Part shown: positions 37,235-48,523 of the stretch, piece by piece
Position numbering within the stretch: position 1 is the stretch's first letter
Layout: every line of letters begins with the position of its first letter
NCBI GenBank assembly: GCA_951804945.1
Contig: OX638149.1
Coordinates: 37,014,001 to 37,078,000, forward strand
DNA from: Podarcis cretensis
Lineage: Eukaryota
DNA: 64,000 nucleotides
Reading direction: 5' to 3'
Translations under genes and position numbers: made by a program
The notes under the pieces: model-generated
Database searches by the model: none
Seen by the model: only the letters and a program-made list of their open reading frames with translations
Told to the model about the DNA's origin: nothing

Positions 37235-40200
37235 ATCATGTGTCTTATAACGAGATTACATTCAAACAACAATATTGATTAGCAAACTGGGTGTGTAAAT
37301 GGCTGTCAGGTCAAGCGGTGGCAATCAAATGAACCTTTGCTGCTGACATTAATTTACAGGGGTCAACAGGACTAAACTGCACGACATGATAGCTGATCTG
37401 GGCGATGATGAGCTACCCCACATCCCTTCAGGAGTCATTAATCAATCTAGGTCACCCTCTTCTAGAATGACTGATCATGAAGGTGCAAGAGCAGAGGAAG
37501 GTACAACAAATTCACCTACTTATTTTATTTTTAGAAGATTTTCTTTTAAAACCGCACTTGTATAGCCCCTCCAAACCCAGTGCTAACATTTAGATGCCAT
37601 TGTTGCTGGGCAACATGGCTTTGCGAAAGAATACCACTTCAGTCCTTTAGCTTTTTTGTCTTGTATAACAGAAATCAATACCCAGATTTTGTATGTTTAC
37701 TTGATTATAAAGCTTAATAATATAACAGTGGTGCATAGCAAATATTAAGCAACAATAAGGTAAATTGGTAAATGATACCCTTCTCTGAAGTTTTATTAAT
37801 TATACTTTGTTGAGGATATTTTTTTTAAAAAAGTCTGTCCTTATCCAAACATATTGCACCAGTGTTCAGTGGAAATTATTTGTGCTTTGCTCACCATCTG
37901 AAATAAAATGCTGTTAGCTCAGCATTTTAGCGTTGGTAATCAAAGTACGTGTTCTGATGTTTTCAAAATTAGTCCCAAATTTGCTCCTAAAATATTCCCT
38001 AAAACAAAGGAAATCCTATCTTAAGGACAGGTCTATCTTAAAAATAAAAAATGAGGTTTTCCTTGATATTCATATGTTGGCCAGGCAAAACCCTTAGTAT
38101 GTGGTGTTTGAACAAGGTTTGTGCTTATGCACTGTTACTGTTAGTTGTCCTGTATTGACAGCAAAAGTTGTATGTGCAGTCTTGTGCAAATGGCACATCA
38201 TGGGAATCAGTTCTCTTCTAAAGATGCACAGAACTACCTTGAAGCAACTCCCCAGCCTGATCCTTTAAAAAAGAAAAGAAATTAGGAAATAAACCATTGG
38301 AAGGAGGTAGTCATTTTAATGTAGAGCAGCTGGATGGATCAGTTTATATACATAGATGGATTGGATGTGTGACTTCATTCTCTCACTAGAGTGCAGCATT
38401 CCTGTACTTTATGTTGGAATTTTATTCTTTTGGCAAGCTGCATAATGTGAAAATAGCATGTTGTTTTGAGCTTTGCCTTCCTTTCCCACTGCTAGTTGTA
38501 TAGTCTATTAACAGCAGCAGTAGATTTTTAAAGTTTTGTTTTCTTTTTGCTGTGTCTGATTCTCCTGGTTATTTTGTTCATTTACTTCTGCTAGAACTTC
38601 AGTATCAGGAAAATACAAACTTGACAAAATTTAGACTTCCTCATATTGTAGATAGTCAATGTATTCATTCTAAAAATAATTAATTATTAAATCGCTTGGT
38701 CTAAATAACAATTGTGCATGCTTTGAAAACTGATTCCTTCAGATTTGGAAGTAGAGAAAAGTCTGTAGGATAGGTAGCCTGATGATGCCTGCTTTTGAAA
38801 GTAAAGATACAAAGAAAACTAAAATGAAAATGTGACATTATGGAATGTTATGTTGGTCCAAAAGCAGGTTAAATTCTCTTAAAAGAAAACAATTTTCTGA
38901 AATTGTAAATACATTTGAAAGCGCCACTTCACTGATTTTTAGCAAACTATTGAAAAATAAAGTAGGAATTAGTGAGGAAATCTGGTGGAATGCTGTTCCA
39001 CTTGAAAACGGCTTTTGCTTGGGGGCGGGGAGCATATGCTAACCTAAGAGAAAAGGGAGTGATTGTCTCTGATTTTCCCTTTCCCTTTCAGCCCCCACGG
39101 CCACCTTCCATGCTATTCTGGAGGGTCCCCCAACCCTCTGGAAAAGTTTTTTTGGGGGGTGCAGGAGGCTGAAGTAGGAAGGGACAACTGGAGAAAATTC
39201 CTATCCCCTTCTCTTAATATAGCATGTGCTGGATTTAAAGCCATTTCACTTCTACTGAATTTCACCCTAGGCTTAAGTGAGTGAATGCCTCTTCATCTTA
39301 TCTCTTAATAATCAAGTACAGACACTGTTCATTTGCTCTATTAAAACAAATCAAAACATGATTTTTAAAAATATTCAGTGAGGCAGTAGTTTGGTAATTC
39401 TGTCCATGCCTTCTTAAGAAGTAAGTCCATTGAGTTCAGTGGAACTTACTCAGAGGGATTACATTGTTTATAGGATTGCAACTATTTTATATTTTCAGTG
39501 AAAGGTTATTTGAGGGGGGAAAGGCACAAATTTCATTTTGAATAACAGTGCATAATGGCATGTTAGAAAAGGTAAGTGAATATTAAACGAAACTGAAACA
39601 GCTCTGATGCAATATTTATCTCTTGCTTATTCATGGTCATTAGTAATCAATAAAACAGATCAGTAAAATTATACTCAAAAGGGGAATCAATGTGTGGAAA
39701 GGGAAACAAAAAAATTACAGCATTATTATAGTTACAGATGTTAGTGACTACAAATATGTAAGAAGGGATTTATTAGTAGATACCATGTTTTATTGATGAA
39801 ATTTAACATATAAATGTAAATGTGCCAATGCAAAATATACTTCTTTTGGGGAATCGTTGAGCTTTAATTCTTGGTTCTTATTAAAATCTTACCAATTCTT
39901 AATCTCCTGATCTTAATAAACTATTTTTTGTCTCTTGTAGCTGAGCCAATTACGTTTCCATCTGGAGGGGGCAAGTCATTTATTATGGGTTCAGATGACG
40001 TTTTGTTAAGTGTTCTGGGCCTTGGGGACCTTGCAGACTTGACTGTAGCTAATGATGCAGATTACAGTTACGATGTAAGTACAACTTTATTTTAAAATAG
40101 ATCTAACAGTAGTACATTCTTAGAATGTTCCACATAATGTAGGTCTGCAGCTATGCACCATGCATATTATTTCATATGATTATTATAAATAGGTCTCCAC

Positions 40201-43025
40201 AATAAAATGTATTAATGACACACACCAGATAAGATTCTTGTAAAATCAACAAGAAACTTACTGTAGTTGGCATTTAACGACAGTATCTTTGTAGTATTTA
40301 CATTGTTTCAAGTGCATCCCGAAAAGGTTTTTATAATCAAAATCCTTTAAAAGGTAGCGAGACACATATATAAACTGAGACGATGTGAAAGAAAGATGAC
40401 TCAGGTATGATGTATTGTGTTGTAATAAAGATAGGAATTAGGGGAGGAGAAGGACAATGGGATATGGAAGTTTGTCTTCTTTAACCATCAGAAATCCTCT
40501 TAGGTAGCTTGTGTTTACTAAAACTTCAGGAGGCTGTCATAAATCCTCAACATTTTCTAGACAAGCAGCAGATTTAGAAAAACCTGCTTTCAAAATGAAA
40601 AGAAATACGTTATCGGTATTCTTATAAAAATGCAAGAGTTGGTACTGAAGGTCATTCCACAGCATTGCAATGCAATCCTAGCAGAACAGATTCCTTGATA
40701 ACATTTATTGAACTTATGCTTCAGTTTGTGTTCTGTGATACATGTGGCAATGAAGAGGCCACAGCCGACAAGCTTTTAGCCGTGTGCCTCTCTTACTTAG
40801 ATGTTAACAATATGCATTCTTACTTTAGCTGCCAGCCAACAAAGATGCCTTTCGGAAAACATGGAATCCTAAGTATACGCTACGCAGCCACTTCGATGGA
40901 GTGCGGGCATTAGCTTTTCATCCTGTAGAGCCTGTGCTGGTTACGGCCTCTGAGGACCATACCCTAAAACTTTGGAACTTGCAAAAGACAGTTCCTGCCA
41001 AAAAGCAAGTATACATTTAAATACTGTCGAGAGAAGTCGCTGGAAGTGTCATATTGGGGGAGATCAATTATGCTGACCTCTTTTTTTCTGACACCTTTCT
41101 TACAGGAGTGCCTCTTTAGATGTGGAACCTATATACACATTTAGATCCCATATGTAAGTATCTCCATGTTCTCATACATAGATTCCACAGGCAGACCACT
41201 GCCGGTACACCTAGAACAAACGATGGTTAGCGCTCAGGGTTTGTCTGGAGCGAGGTGCTGGTTTTGTCACTTCTGCTTCCTGGGAGATAGAGGAGGAGGG
41301 GCAAGGTTGGCTTGGTGCAGATGCACCAATAGGAGCACCAGATTGACTTTGCCAAGGTGCTTGTGCTGACCGCCACCTTAGCGTTGTCTCCCAGTAAGTA
41401 GCAGTGATGCAACCAACCAGAGATCTGTTGAGTGATGCCATCACACCATGCTGTTCACTGCTGGTTATGGTTATGGTTATGAAGTGTTAAAAGTTGAAGT
41501 GACAAGATAATGTAAGATGTGTTTGTTCCCTTGTTTCTGATAAACGAAGTACTGTTTATGTTATGTGGTGGGATGAAATAAGGATATGTTGTGTATTAAG
41601 AATGGAAGCAGCTTTTTGTGTGTGCTGGTAACTTGCTCTTCTCTCTCATAACTTTTCAAATGAGTTTGTTAAATTACTAATCATACTTACTTTAAGTTCT
41701 TAGCTGTTCCTAAGTTCTTGATTTAGTTGAGTTTCTGTTTTTCTAAATGAGCACCTTATGTGTCCTTAGTATCTATTCTGTTAATAGTTCCAATTGTACT
41801 ACTAATAGGATTTTTCCTCTCAAATCTTTCATGTTTTAATGCTGATTCTTGGCTTTTGCACTATTTAACAAAATTGTAAGGTTATTAGCAAGTATGTGTG
41901 TTTAAAAGTGTAATTTTGATATTCTACTCAATCTTTGATATTTAAAACAATAAAGCAAAATTGACTTTGGAATTTAATGTACTGCTTTTGTGTTTTAAAA
42001 CAGTGGACCTGTATTATCATTGGCAGTTAGTTCCAATGGAGAGCAGTGTTTTAGTGGTGGAATAGATGCAACTATACAATGGTGGAACATGCCTAGCCCA
42101 AATGTGGATCCTTATGATACATATGGTAAGCATTATTGAAATATGTCATAATGTAGTTTAATCCACTTAGGTTGTTTCTGCAGTGATCCAACTGTGAGGT
42201 TTCCAATGCATGGACAACTGCGGTCAAGCTATGCTGATCTGGGAACAGCTATAATTATCCAATCAATTAAAATTGGTGAAAGGCACTCGTAGCCATGAAG
42301 GACACCTCTGCCTGCAGTGGCAATGCTGGATCCTATCTAGGCAGGCAGCTTTCCAACTTCCTTGATGTGGGAATTTAACTGCTCACCCACAGAGTCTTAG
42401 TCTTGCCAGGAGTCAGACTGTTCTTTTTTAGCCCTCATCTAGCCCACCATTGTATTCAGACACTAGTCCAGGGCCTTCTCAGCTGTTCCCAATCAGATGT
42501 TAGTGAGAAATAGAGTTTGGTATCATCAGCGTACTGATGACACTTTGCTCCAGTGACCACTCCCATTGGCTTCATGTAGATGTTAAATAGCATTGGAGAC
42601 AGTTTGGTGCCCTGTGGCATCCCATAGCTCAGAAGCCTAGGTAGGACCCACGTAGCACTCATCCAGTGCTGCTTCCCGAAGCCATTTGTGGAGACAAGAA
42701 ATAAGATCATTATAAGAACCCATACATCTTTTGGGATGCTGGTTAGAAATGCTCAAAAGATTGACTAATTAATTTTGTTTTTCTTTTTTTCTAAAGAGCC
42801 AAACGTTCTAGCTGGCACATTAATTGCTCACACGGATGCGGTCTGGGGTCTTGCTTATAGCGGTATAAAGAATCACTTACTATCTTGCTCAGCAGATGGC
42901 AGTATTAGATTATGGAATCCACCAGAAAAAGTGCCCTGCATTTGCACTTACAATGGAAATAGAGGTGAGCTGTGAGGTTTTCTATCTGTTAACAAAAGTT
43001 TAAGTTTAAAACAAAATATTTTTGT

Positions 43026-43060
<35 letters not shown>

Positions 43061-46000
43061 CCAAGAAATAGTATTTCTAGAAGCAAATCTAAAGTTCATA
43101 ATAGCAGGTAATGATAGTCTAGACACCTGTGTTTCCTTTAACTCCAAGTCCTTTTGGTTTTTGTATGTTGTTGTTTTTCAATGATTTGTTTGTTTATTGA
43201 AAATTTTAAATAATTTCCTTTCATTGTATTTTCTATTGCTCTGGCTGGCTAACAACAAATAAACCAATAAAATCACATTATGATCCCTGAATCCAAGCCA
43301 TTTTATTTCGGGTGGCAGTTATACTTGGAAGCAACATAAATTGCTTTAAAATAAATATAGCTTGGTGTATGAAGTTGTTTTTTTTAAAAAAAGATCAGTA
43401 CATTGACTTTAATTATTATATTTATCTTTGAGTAAATTAATTATCTTAGAAACTTAAATTGGATGTAGAAGTAGTTCTCTTAACAGATTCATTGTTCGTT
43501 CTTTTCTTTTGGCTCCAGAGTATGGAATACCCACATCAGTTGACTTTATAGGTTGTGATCCAGCTCATATGGTGACGTCATTTGGCACTGGCAACACCGT
43601 CATCTATGATTTGGAAACATCACAGGCACTGGTAATGCTTTCATCACAGACTGATTCTGGTAAGCAAAAGAGGTTCTTTACTGCTCTTTTTATCACTTTT
43701 GAAGCTGGGACTTCATCTTATAAGACCAAGGTGTAATATAAATATAGGAAAATATTTTTCTTCAAATGGATATTTTACATCAGTGAAATATGTGTACAGA
43801 AATCCTGGGGAGGTTCAGCTAAAGTAGTTCAGTGATGCCACAGTTTTTGTTCTTACCAGATATTTGCTTGCCGACCTTATTTTTTGTTAAATTTCTACCC
43901 TTCCCTTCCTTTCAAAGGAGCCCAGGGTGACTGTGTAGTAAAACAATGCAATTAAAAATAATCTAAAAACATATTCGAAACATTTGAAAGCATCTCAGAA
44001 CTTCTGAAAATGTATGAACATTCACATACCCTCACAACTAATAATTTCACAGTTGCCAGGAACACTATCTTTCTGCCATCAAATGCCTGGTAAACAGGAA
44101 TATTTTTAAGTTCCTCTGGTGGTGTTGAATTTGGTTCTGGGAAACTTTGTTTTAAATCCTGCCTCAACTGTGTGAACTTACTGGGAGGTCTTGAAAGTTA
44201 CCATCAGCAAGTCCCCATGTGTAAAATGGAAGAATTAGGATGAACTGCTTCAAAGAAGAATGGCGAGGACAAACAAGATTTTTTTTAAAAAAAACACATT
44301 TCACTTGCCAGATAAAAAGTCCTTGATGTCTTTTTACTGACATGTTCACCCAGACCTCTTCAAGTAAGGAGATGCCTAATGAAAGCTGCCTCTTAAAATG
44401 TTCATTTCAAGTAGTACAAGTGCCAGTGTTACACATCTGCTCACCCACTTTTTCTTCATTGCCCATACCCCAGAAATCTTTGCTAAAATAGTACATGTGC
44501 ACCCCAAAACTAGGGCCAGGATCAGTTTGATTAAAGCAAGCATTGGCAAGCATGGTTTATTAGAAGTTCTGTGTCAGAGTAATAGTAGTTCAGTTGCAAA
44601 ACAATCAAACCATCATATAAACTGGTCTGTGTGGGTGAGGATGGTTTAGGTTGAGCAGAGGCATCCCTCTACTCATCTCTCTCCCTGGTCTTCTGCTGTA
44701 CATAGAGGAGGGGTTCCAAGGCCAGTGGAGTTTAGCAGAAATGGGGCATTCTGAGAGAGGGGGACTGAGCCATTATTGTTTGACTTGAAACTTGACCGCT
44801 GCGCCAGCCTGAAGCTTCTGCAGGGATCAGGCTCAATCGTCCTGCCCTCCCACCTTTTGCTTCGCCATAAATGACTGAACTGCAGATGTGGTGGCGGCAG
44901 CTCAACTACTCCACAAAACTCCACTGACAGTAGGTAGGGGTAGTCATGGTATGTCCTCTGGCTCAAATTTTCTTTCCTCCCATTTCTTTCTGGGGTGGGG
45001 GAGATGAAAAGCTTCCACTTCTAGTTTCTTGGCAAACCATCATTTGGCATCTTTTGTCTTGCTATAAGCGGAAGAGTCCAGTCACTTCTGATTGTGTGCA
45101 AAGGAGGGGAACACGAGAGCCTGAGACTTGCTGTTGCTCGTTCTCATAGCAACAACACAGCCCCCACTTTTCCTGAATTGGAGCCAGTTTTGTCTTTGAA
45201 TCCATCCTTTGACATACATGCAAACTCCCATAAGAAGCTAGAGTGNNNNNNNNNNNNNNNNNNNNNNNNNNNNNNNNNNNNNNNNNNNNNNNNNNNNNNN
45301 NNNNNNNNNNNNNNNNNNNNNNNNNNNNNNNNNNNNNNNNNNNNNNNNNNNNNNNNNNNNNNNNNNNNNNNNNNNNNNNNNNNNNNNNNNNNNNNNNNNN
45401 NNNNNNNNNNNNNNNNNNNNNNNNNNNNNNNNNNNNNNNAACTGAATTCATTGTGATTCCTTCCTCCTCTGATTGTCATCTCTATTGTGTTCTCAGGTTT
45501 ACAATCAAACAATCACATTAACAGGGTAGTAAGTCACCCAACACTCCCTGTAACAATAACAGCTCATGAAGATAGACACATCAAGTTTTTTGACAATAAA
45601 ACGGGTAAGGAAATGAAAATGCCCTTCTTCCTTTTCGTCAGCATCCTGCCAATTCCTCTGATACTTTTCTTATGCTCCTGCTTGTTCTATAGTCTCCTGT
45701 CAATCATCCCATCTTTAGTCTGTAACATTTGGGTCTTCTTTCAGCCTTTCCCACCTAATCCCCAGTTTCCCAAATCCTCCACTGGAATGTTGTGATCATA
45801 GCAGCTCAAGACAGTGGCTGAGGTGCAGCGGGGTGATGGGGGGGGATGGCAAGCCTATGTTTATTCCTTTAAGATTGAAGTTAAAAGTATTTTCTCTTTC
45901 ACTGCTGTAGCGGGGAAATAGCTGGAGCTAGAATTGGCATCAGGAAATAGGAGCTGCAAATGGGATTAGTCTGTTGCCCCAAATTGAGAAGCATATCCCT

Positions 46001-46913
46001 GTCTCCATTATTCTGTTCTAGCCCTCTGGATTCTGTACTTTGTGCAGCTTCAGTGACTGGGAATTATTTTCAATATGTTATTGGCTTGGTGTTTCCTACG
46101 TTTGTTCCTGCTTTTTGCAAATCTATTAATAGCTGTTTAACTTTCTCAATAGAGTGTGTCAACTTGCCTTCAAGTGGCATTCATAAAGAATTGGCAATCA
46201 GAAACAAAATAACTATGATAATGAAGACTCTAAAAGTCATATGCCATCCCTTTAACAAAATCGTTTAAAAACTGTTACTGATTTAAGGGCAAATGTTTAT
46301 GCCTTTCTGTGACCTTCCTTGAAGCAGCTAGCAGGCCACCATTGGAAACAGAATGCTGAGCTGGATGGAAACCTGTTCTGATCCAACAACGCAGTATTTT
46401 TGTTTCTTAAGGTTGAATCCTTGGTAACTGTTACATGTTCTTTAATTGCTGTTAGGTAAAATGATCCATTCTATGGTTGCTCACTTGGACGCTGTCACAA
46501 GTTTAGCTGTGGACCCTAATGGAATCTACTTGATGTCTGGAAGTAAGTCTATTGTATTTTAATATTCTGTTGGAAGCTGCCCAGAGTGGCTGGGGAAACC
46601 CAGCCAGATGGGCAGGGTATAAATAAATTGTTGTTGTTGTTGTTGTTGTTATCAGCAATGTCTCCTGTATTGCTAGCGGATCTTGTTGTATTGTGTATTT
46701 AGCTATGTCTGAAATCCTGACCCTTGTTTTTCTCTTCATTCAGGTCATGACTGCTCTATTAGATTGTGGAATTTGGACAGCAAAACGTGTGTGCAAGAAA
46801 TAACAGCCCATAGGAAAAAGCTGGATGAATCCATTTATGACGTAGCTTTTCATCCATCAAAAGCATATATTGCCAGTGCAGGAGCCGATGCCCTTGCCAA
46901 AGTATTTGTGTGA
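5540..46913 (+). CDS. STRN3: Striatin-3 (SG2NA), whole 18-exon gene model, 819 aa
   Basis: Exons joined by hand give an open 2460-nt CDS with consistent phases. The product contains [67 protein letters not shown] (caveolin-binding/coiled coil), [17 protein letters not shown] (CaM-binding) and C-terminal WD40 repeats ending [13 protein letters not shown]. Confidence 0.97.
8553..8818. mobile_element. hAT-type MITE
   Basis: TIR CAGGGGTAGGCAA / TTGCCGCCCCCTG; 8-bp TSD TCCTAGCA / TCCTAGTG. Confidence 0.8.
8970..9478 (+). mobile_element. CR1 LINE 3' fragment
   Basis: Degraded RGDMVEV..., RKHFFMQ and [14 protein letters not shown]2 end, followed by a CR1 3' UTR ending TTCTTATATTCTT. Confidence 0.75.
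9516..9736. mobile_element. Tc1/mariner-type MITE, same family as 2988-3229
   Basis: Same TIRs and near-identical body. Confidence 0.88.
9998..10775 (-). mobile_element. CR1 LINE 3' portion
   Basis: ORF 10549-10737 ([17 protein letters not shown]...[18 protein letters not shown]) is CR1 RT C-terminus; ATTCT-type tail. Confidence 0.85.
11200..11620 (+). mobile_element. Highly degraded L1-clade RT fragment
   Basis: Broken motifs DQYGF, MDFEVAF.AEW and LEKGVG..CILSSLF resemble L1 RT (DQxGF, LDxEKAFDRVEW, RGVRQGCPLSPLLF). Confidence 0.5.
12856..13340 (+). mobile_element. tRNA-derived SINE interrupted by an L2 3' end (about 12900-13125)
   Basis: SINE head AGTGTGGTGTAGTGGTT...GGACTAGGACCTGG resumes as AGGGTTCAAAACCC after an insert matching the L2 at 57096-57722, with (AAT)n tail. 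Confidence 0.7.
13630..13900 (+). mobile_element. Degraded L2 LINE fragment
   Basis: [11 protein letters not shown]...AARL and [10 protein letters not shown] remnants. Confidence 0.6.
14434..14662. mobile_element. Tc1/mariner-type MITE (second family)
   Basis: TA-CAGTCATACCTC...GAGGTACCACTG-TA. Confidence 0.8.
14675..14963. mobile_element. Tc1/mariner-type MITE (third family)
   Basis: TA-CAGTGGTGCCTCGCAAGACGAA...TTCGTCTTGCGGGGCACCACTG-TA; internal 18-bp tandem TTAGCGGCTATTAACGGC. Confidence 0.88.
16225..16440 (-). mobile_element. Degraded L2 fragment
   Basis: Aligns by eye to the 57300-57530 part of the younger L2. Confidence 0.45.
18634..19065 (+). mobile_element. CR1 3' fragment carrying a nested mariner-type MITE at 18688-18919
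   Basis: [39 protein letters not shown]; MITE TIR CAGTGGAACCTC / GAGGTTCCACTG with TA duplication. Confidence 0.85.
19382..19834 (+). mobile_element. 5'-truncated L1-like LINE with 17-bp TSD
   Basis: TSD GAGAATTGTCTTTAAGA at 19365-19381 and 19835-19851; ORF end [19 protein letters not shown]; AATAAA and A-rich tail. Confidence 0.8.
19909..19960. repeat. (GAT)n-(AAT)n compound microsatellite
   Basis: Seen directly. Confidence 0.9.
20866..20969 (+). CDS. STRN3: STRN3 exon 2
   Basis: ttttcag|GCT; [34 protein letters not shown]; AG|gtatgt; 104 nt. Confidence 0.96.
22190..22640 (+). mobile_element. CR1 LINE 3' fragment
   Basis: [40 protein letters not shown]. Confidence 0.8.
23207..23280 (+). 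CDS. STRN3: STRN3 exon 3
   Basis: [24 protein letters not shown]; CAG|gtaaca; 74 nt. Confidence 0.95.
24214..24295 (+). CDS. STRN3: STRN3 exon 4
   Basis: [26 protein letters not shown]; CA|gtaagt; 82 nt. Confidence 0.95.
24619..24789 (+). CDS. STRN3: STRN3 exon 5
   Basis: [56 protein letters not shown]; AG|gtaggc; 171 nt. Confidence 0.95.
25417..25549 (+). CDS. STRN3: STRN3 exon 6
   Basis: [44 protein letters not shown]; weak donor AAA|gtaaaa; 133 nt. Confidence 0.92.
25818..26050 (+). mobile_element. tRNA-derived SINE
   Basis: A/B-box-like head (GACCCTGGTTCTAATCTCCAC); similar to the SINE at 12856. Confidence 0.6.
26920..27061 (+). CDS. STRN3: STRN3 exon 7
   Basis: [47 protein letters not shown]; G|gtaaga; 142 nt. 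Confidence 0.96.
30192..30372 (-). mobile_element. tRNA-derived squamate SINE
   Basis: Reverse-complement head CACAGCTCAGTGGCAGAACATCTG; similar to 62227-62424. Confidence 0.6.
30404..30562 (+). mobile_element. Sauria-type SINE 3' part
   Basis: GTCATGCTGGCCACATGACC...GAGATGAGC... followed by an (ACCTTT)n-like tail. Confidence 0.75.
32784..32894 (+). CDS. STRN3: STRN3 exon 8 (phase 1-1, frame-preserving cassette)
   Basis: [37 protein letters not shown]; A|gtaagt; 111 nt. Confidence 0.94.
37202..37233. repeat. (CA)n microsatellite about 130 nt upstream of STRN3 exon 9
   Basis: Seen directly; similar tracts at 20460, 43028 and 56633. Confidence 0.95.
37360..37500 (+). CDS. STRN3: STRN3 exon 9 (phase 1-1, frame-preserving cassette)
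   Basis: [47 protein letters not shown]; AAG|gtacaa; 141 nt. Confidence 0.94.
39941..40074 (+). CDS. STRN3: STRN3 exon 10
   Basis: [45 protein letters not shown]; |gtaagt; 134 nt. Confidence 0.95.
40829..41004 (+). CDS. STRN3: STRN3 exon 11 (first WD40 repeat; GC donor)
   Basis: [58 protein letters not shown]; donor AA|gcaagt is required to keep frame; 176 nt. Confidence 0.92.
41106..41153 (+). CDS. STRN3: STRN3 exon 12
   Basis: [15 protein letters not shown]; AT|gtaagt; 48 nt. Confidence 0.94.
42004..42125 (+). CDS. STRN3: STRN3 exon 13
   Basis: [40 protein letters not shown]; G|gtaagc; 122 nt. Confidence 0.95.
42260..42690 (-). mobile_element. L2 LINE RT-core fragment
   Basis: [20 protein letters not shown]...[13 protein letters not shown]. 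Confidence 0.85.
42797..42964 (+). CDS. STRN3: STRN3 exon 14
   Basis: [56 protein letters not shown]; G|gtgagc; 168 nt. Confidence 0.95.
43519..43659 (+). CDS. STRN3: STRN3 exon 15
   Basis: [47 protein letters not shown]; G|gtaagc; 141 nt. Confidence 0.95.
45246..45439. other. Assembly gap (194 N) in STRN3 intron 15
   Basis: Run of N; the exon 15-16 phase is consistent, so no coding exon is needed in the gap. Confidence 0.99.
45497..45604 (+). CDS. STRN3: STRN3 exon 16
   Basis: [36 protein letters not shown]; G|gtaagg; 108 nt. Confidence 0.95.
46456..46542 (+). CDS. STRN3: STRN3 exon 17
   Basis: [29 protein letters not shown]; A|gtaagt; 87 nt. Confidence 0.95.
46551..46650 (+). mobile_element. 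L2 extreme 3' end inside 201-nt STRN3 intron 17
   Basis: GCCCAGAGTGGCTGGGG...CCAGCCAGATGGG...ATAAATAAA plus (TTG)n; matches the 3' ends at 13060 and 57140. Confidence 0.7.
46744..46913 (+). CDS. STRN3: STRN3 exon 18 (coding part, stop TGA)
   Basis: [56 protein letters not shown]. Confidence 0.96.
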
Positions 46914-48215
46914 CATAACAAAGCAAACCTGCATCTCATGTAGCAGGTTTGCCTGGACGAAAAGAGGGAATGCGTCACTGCCATCACTGAAACGGTTACT
47001 GATGAGACACTACATGTGACCAGCCTCAGCAGAGACTGTGTGTTTGGGGCAGATTTAAATTGGTCAAATCACGATCTCATGAATAACGCTGGGCTGATTC
47101 ATTTAACTGTAATTACTGTATTTTTGAAAGAAAAAAAAAAGCAAACCAGTATTTGTAGCCTTGACTGGATATGGACTGAGCGTTTGTCTGTTATTTAGGT
47201 GTGTCTTTAAACGAACGTGGAGTCGGATCTTATTAAAGACTTTTATTTTGGACTCTGTGTGCTGCCTTAGGGTTAGGAATGTGGTGCTCTTGTTGGGGGA
47301 GTGAGCTCCAAGAGTAGCTTTCTTTGCATCTCTTAGTATCTTCACTTATCAGTCAAATGCCACAGATTCCCCTTTTAAACTTTTATTTTGCTTTAAAGAA
47401 AAAGGAATTAACTTAAAATATTTAGCATTAGTTGCACAAAATATTTGGATAAAATTCTAGTTTTTATATGTCTTTTATATATTTAGCCTGTCACAACAGT
47501 GCTCAAGATTGTATGGATGATGTTTTTTCTGCATTATAGGACCCGAAACCACAGAGATCTTGCTGGCCCGCTGCCCTGTAACAATACCGTTTCCTTTGTT
47601 ATCTAATGAAGCTCAACTAAGTCCTTTCATCTGGATGCTAATTCATCATCATTGCATAACTGGCTTCCTAAAGGACTGTAAAGAATTGTGTAAGCGAAAC
47701 ACAAAGGAACTAAGTACCCCCAGCCCTCCCAATGAACTTTTAAAATTAATCTTGGCATCCTATCACTATGTGATATTTTGTACATCTTAACTGTATTTAC
47801 GAGATTATTTATCAAGGATTACCCATCTGGCTAATGGCCTATTATTTATTTCATTTTTGTTGGTCTTTATATTCTTTTTATGTAGCGTATCAAGGGGCCC
47901 TGTATATCTATTATGGCACTCTTCGAACAGTCTAAAATAGATTAAAAATGGGACATGTAATAGTTTTAAAAGTTAGACAGACTTTTTCCAGTTAAGTGTC
48001 TGGAGTAAAGTTGATTCCAGGAAGTCATTTCAGAACTTTTGGAGTGAAAATGTTTTTATTTGCGGTTCAAATAGAATGCAAAAGTAGTTGAATCAAGAGT
48101 CAGAAATTGGCTGTGTTTGGAATAGTTATTCTCTGCTTTGATTTGTTTTTTTCGGATGTGCTTCAGTTTATGGTGTAACAAAAAGATTTTGTTTGTGTAA
48201 CTGCATGATTAAGAC

Positions 48216-48523
48216 AATAAAGTATTTTTTCTAGTCTTCCACAAAAATCTTTCTGATCAGTTTGCAAGTTTTGATGAGTTTTGTAAGTTTTCTGTTTTAC
48301 AAACTATGAATCAGCAAATTTTTAAGATTGTACAACATAGCAAAAGTACAGCTGTTTAAAAAAATAATGTATATAAAATGCATATAATAAATACTAAATG
48401 GTGTACCTGTATGTTACTGTTGGTTATATTTTGTGTTGCAGAGTTTTAAGTGTCGTTTTATTCAAGTAATTAGGAAAGGAAGGTTTAAATTTTAACAAAA
48501 CTTGCTTTGCACATTTTAATAAA
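48216..48523 (+). terminator. Candidate STRN3 polyadenylation signals
   Basis: AATAAA at 48216, 48386 and 48518; the 48386 copy is followed by a GU-rich tract; AU-rich UTR from 46914. Confidence 0.6.

Noticed and set aside
45062-45521. ORFs containing X runs
   Set aside because: Artefacts of the N gap.
46911-46920. Stop-codon read-through of STRN3
   Set aside because: Context is TGA CAT AAC, not the TGA CTAG motif.
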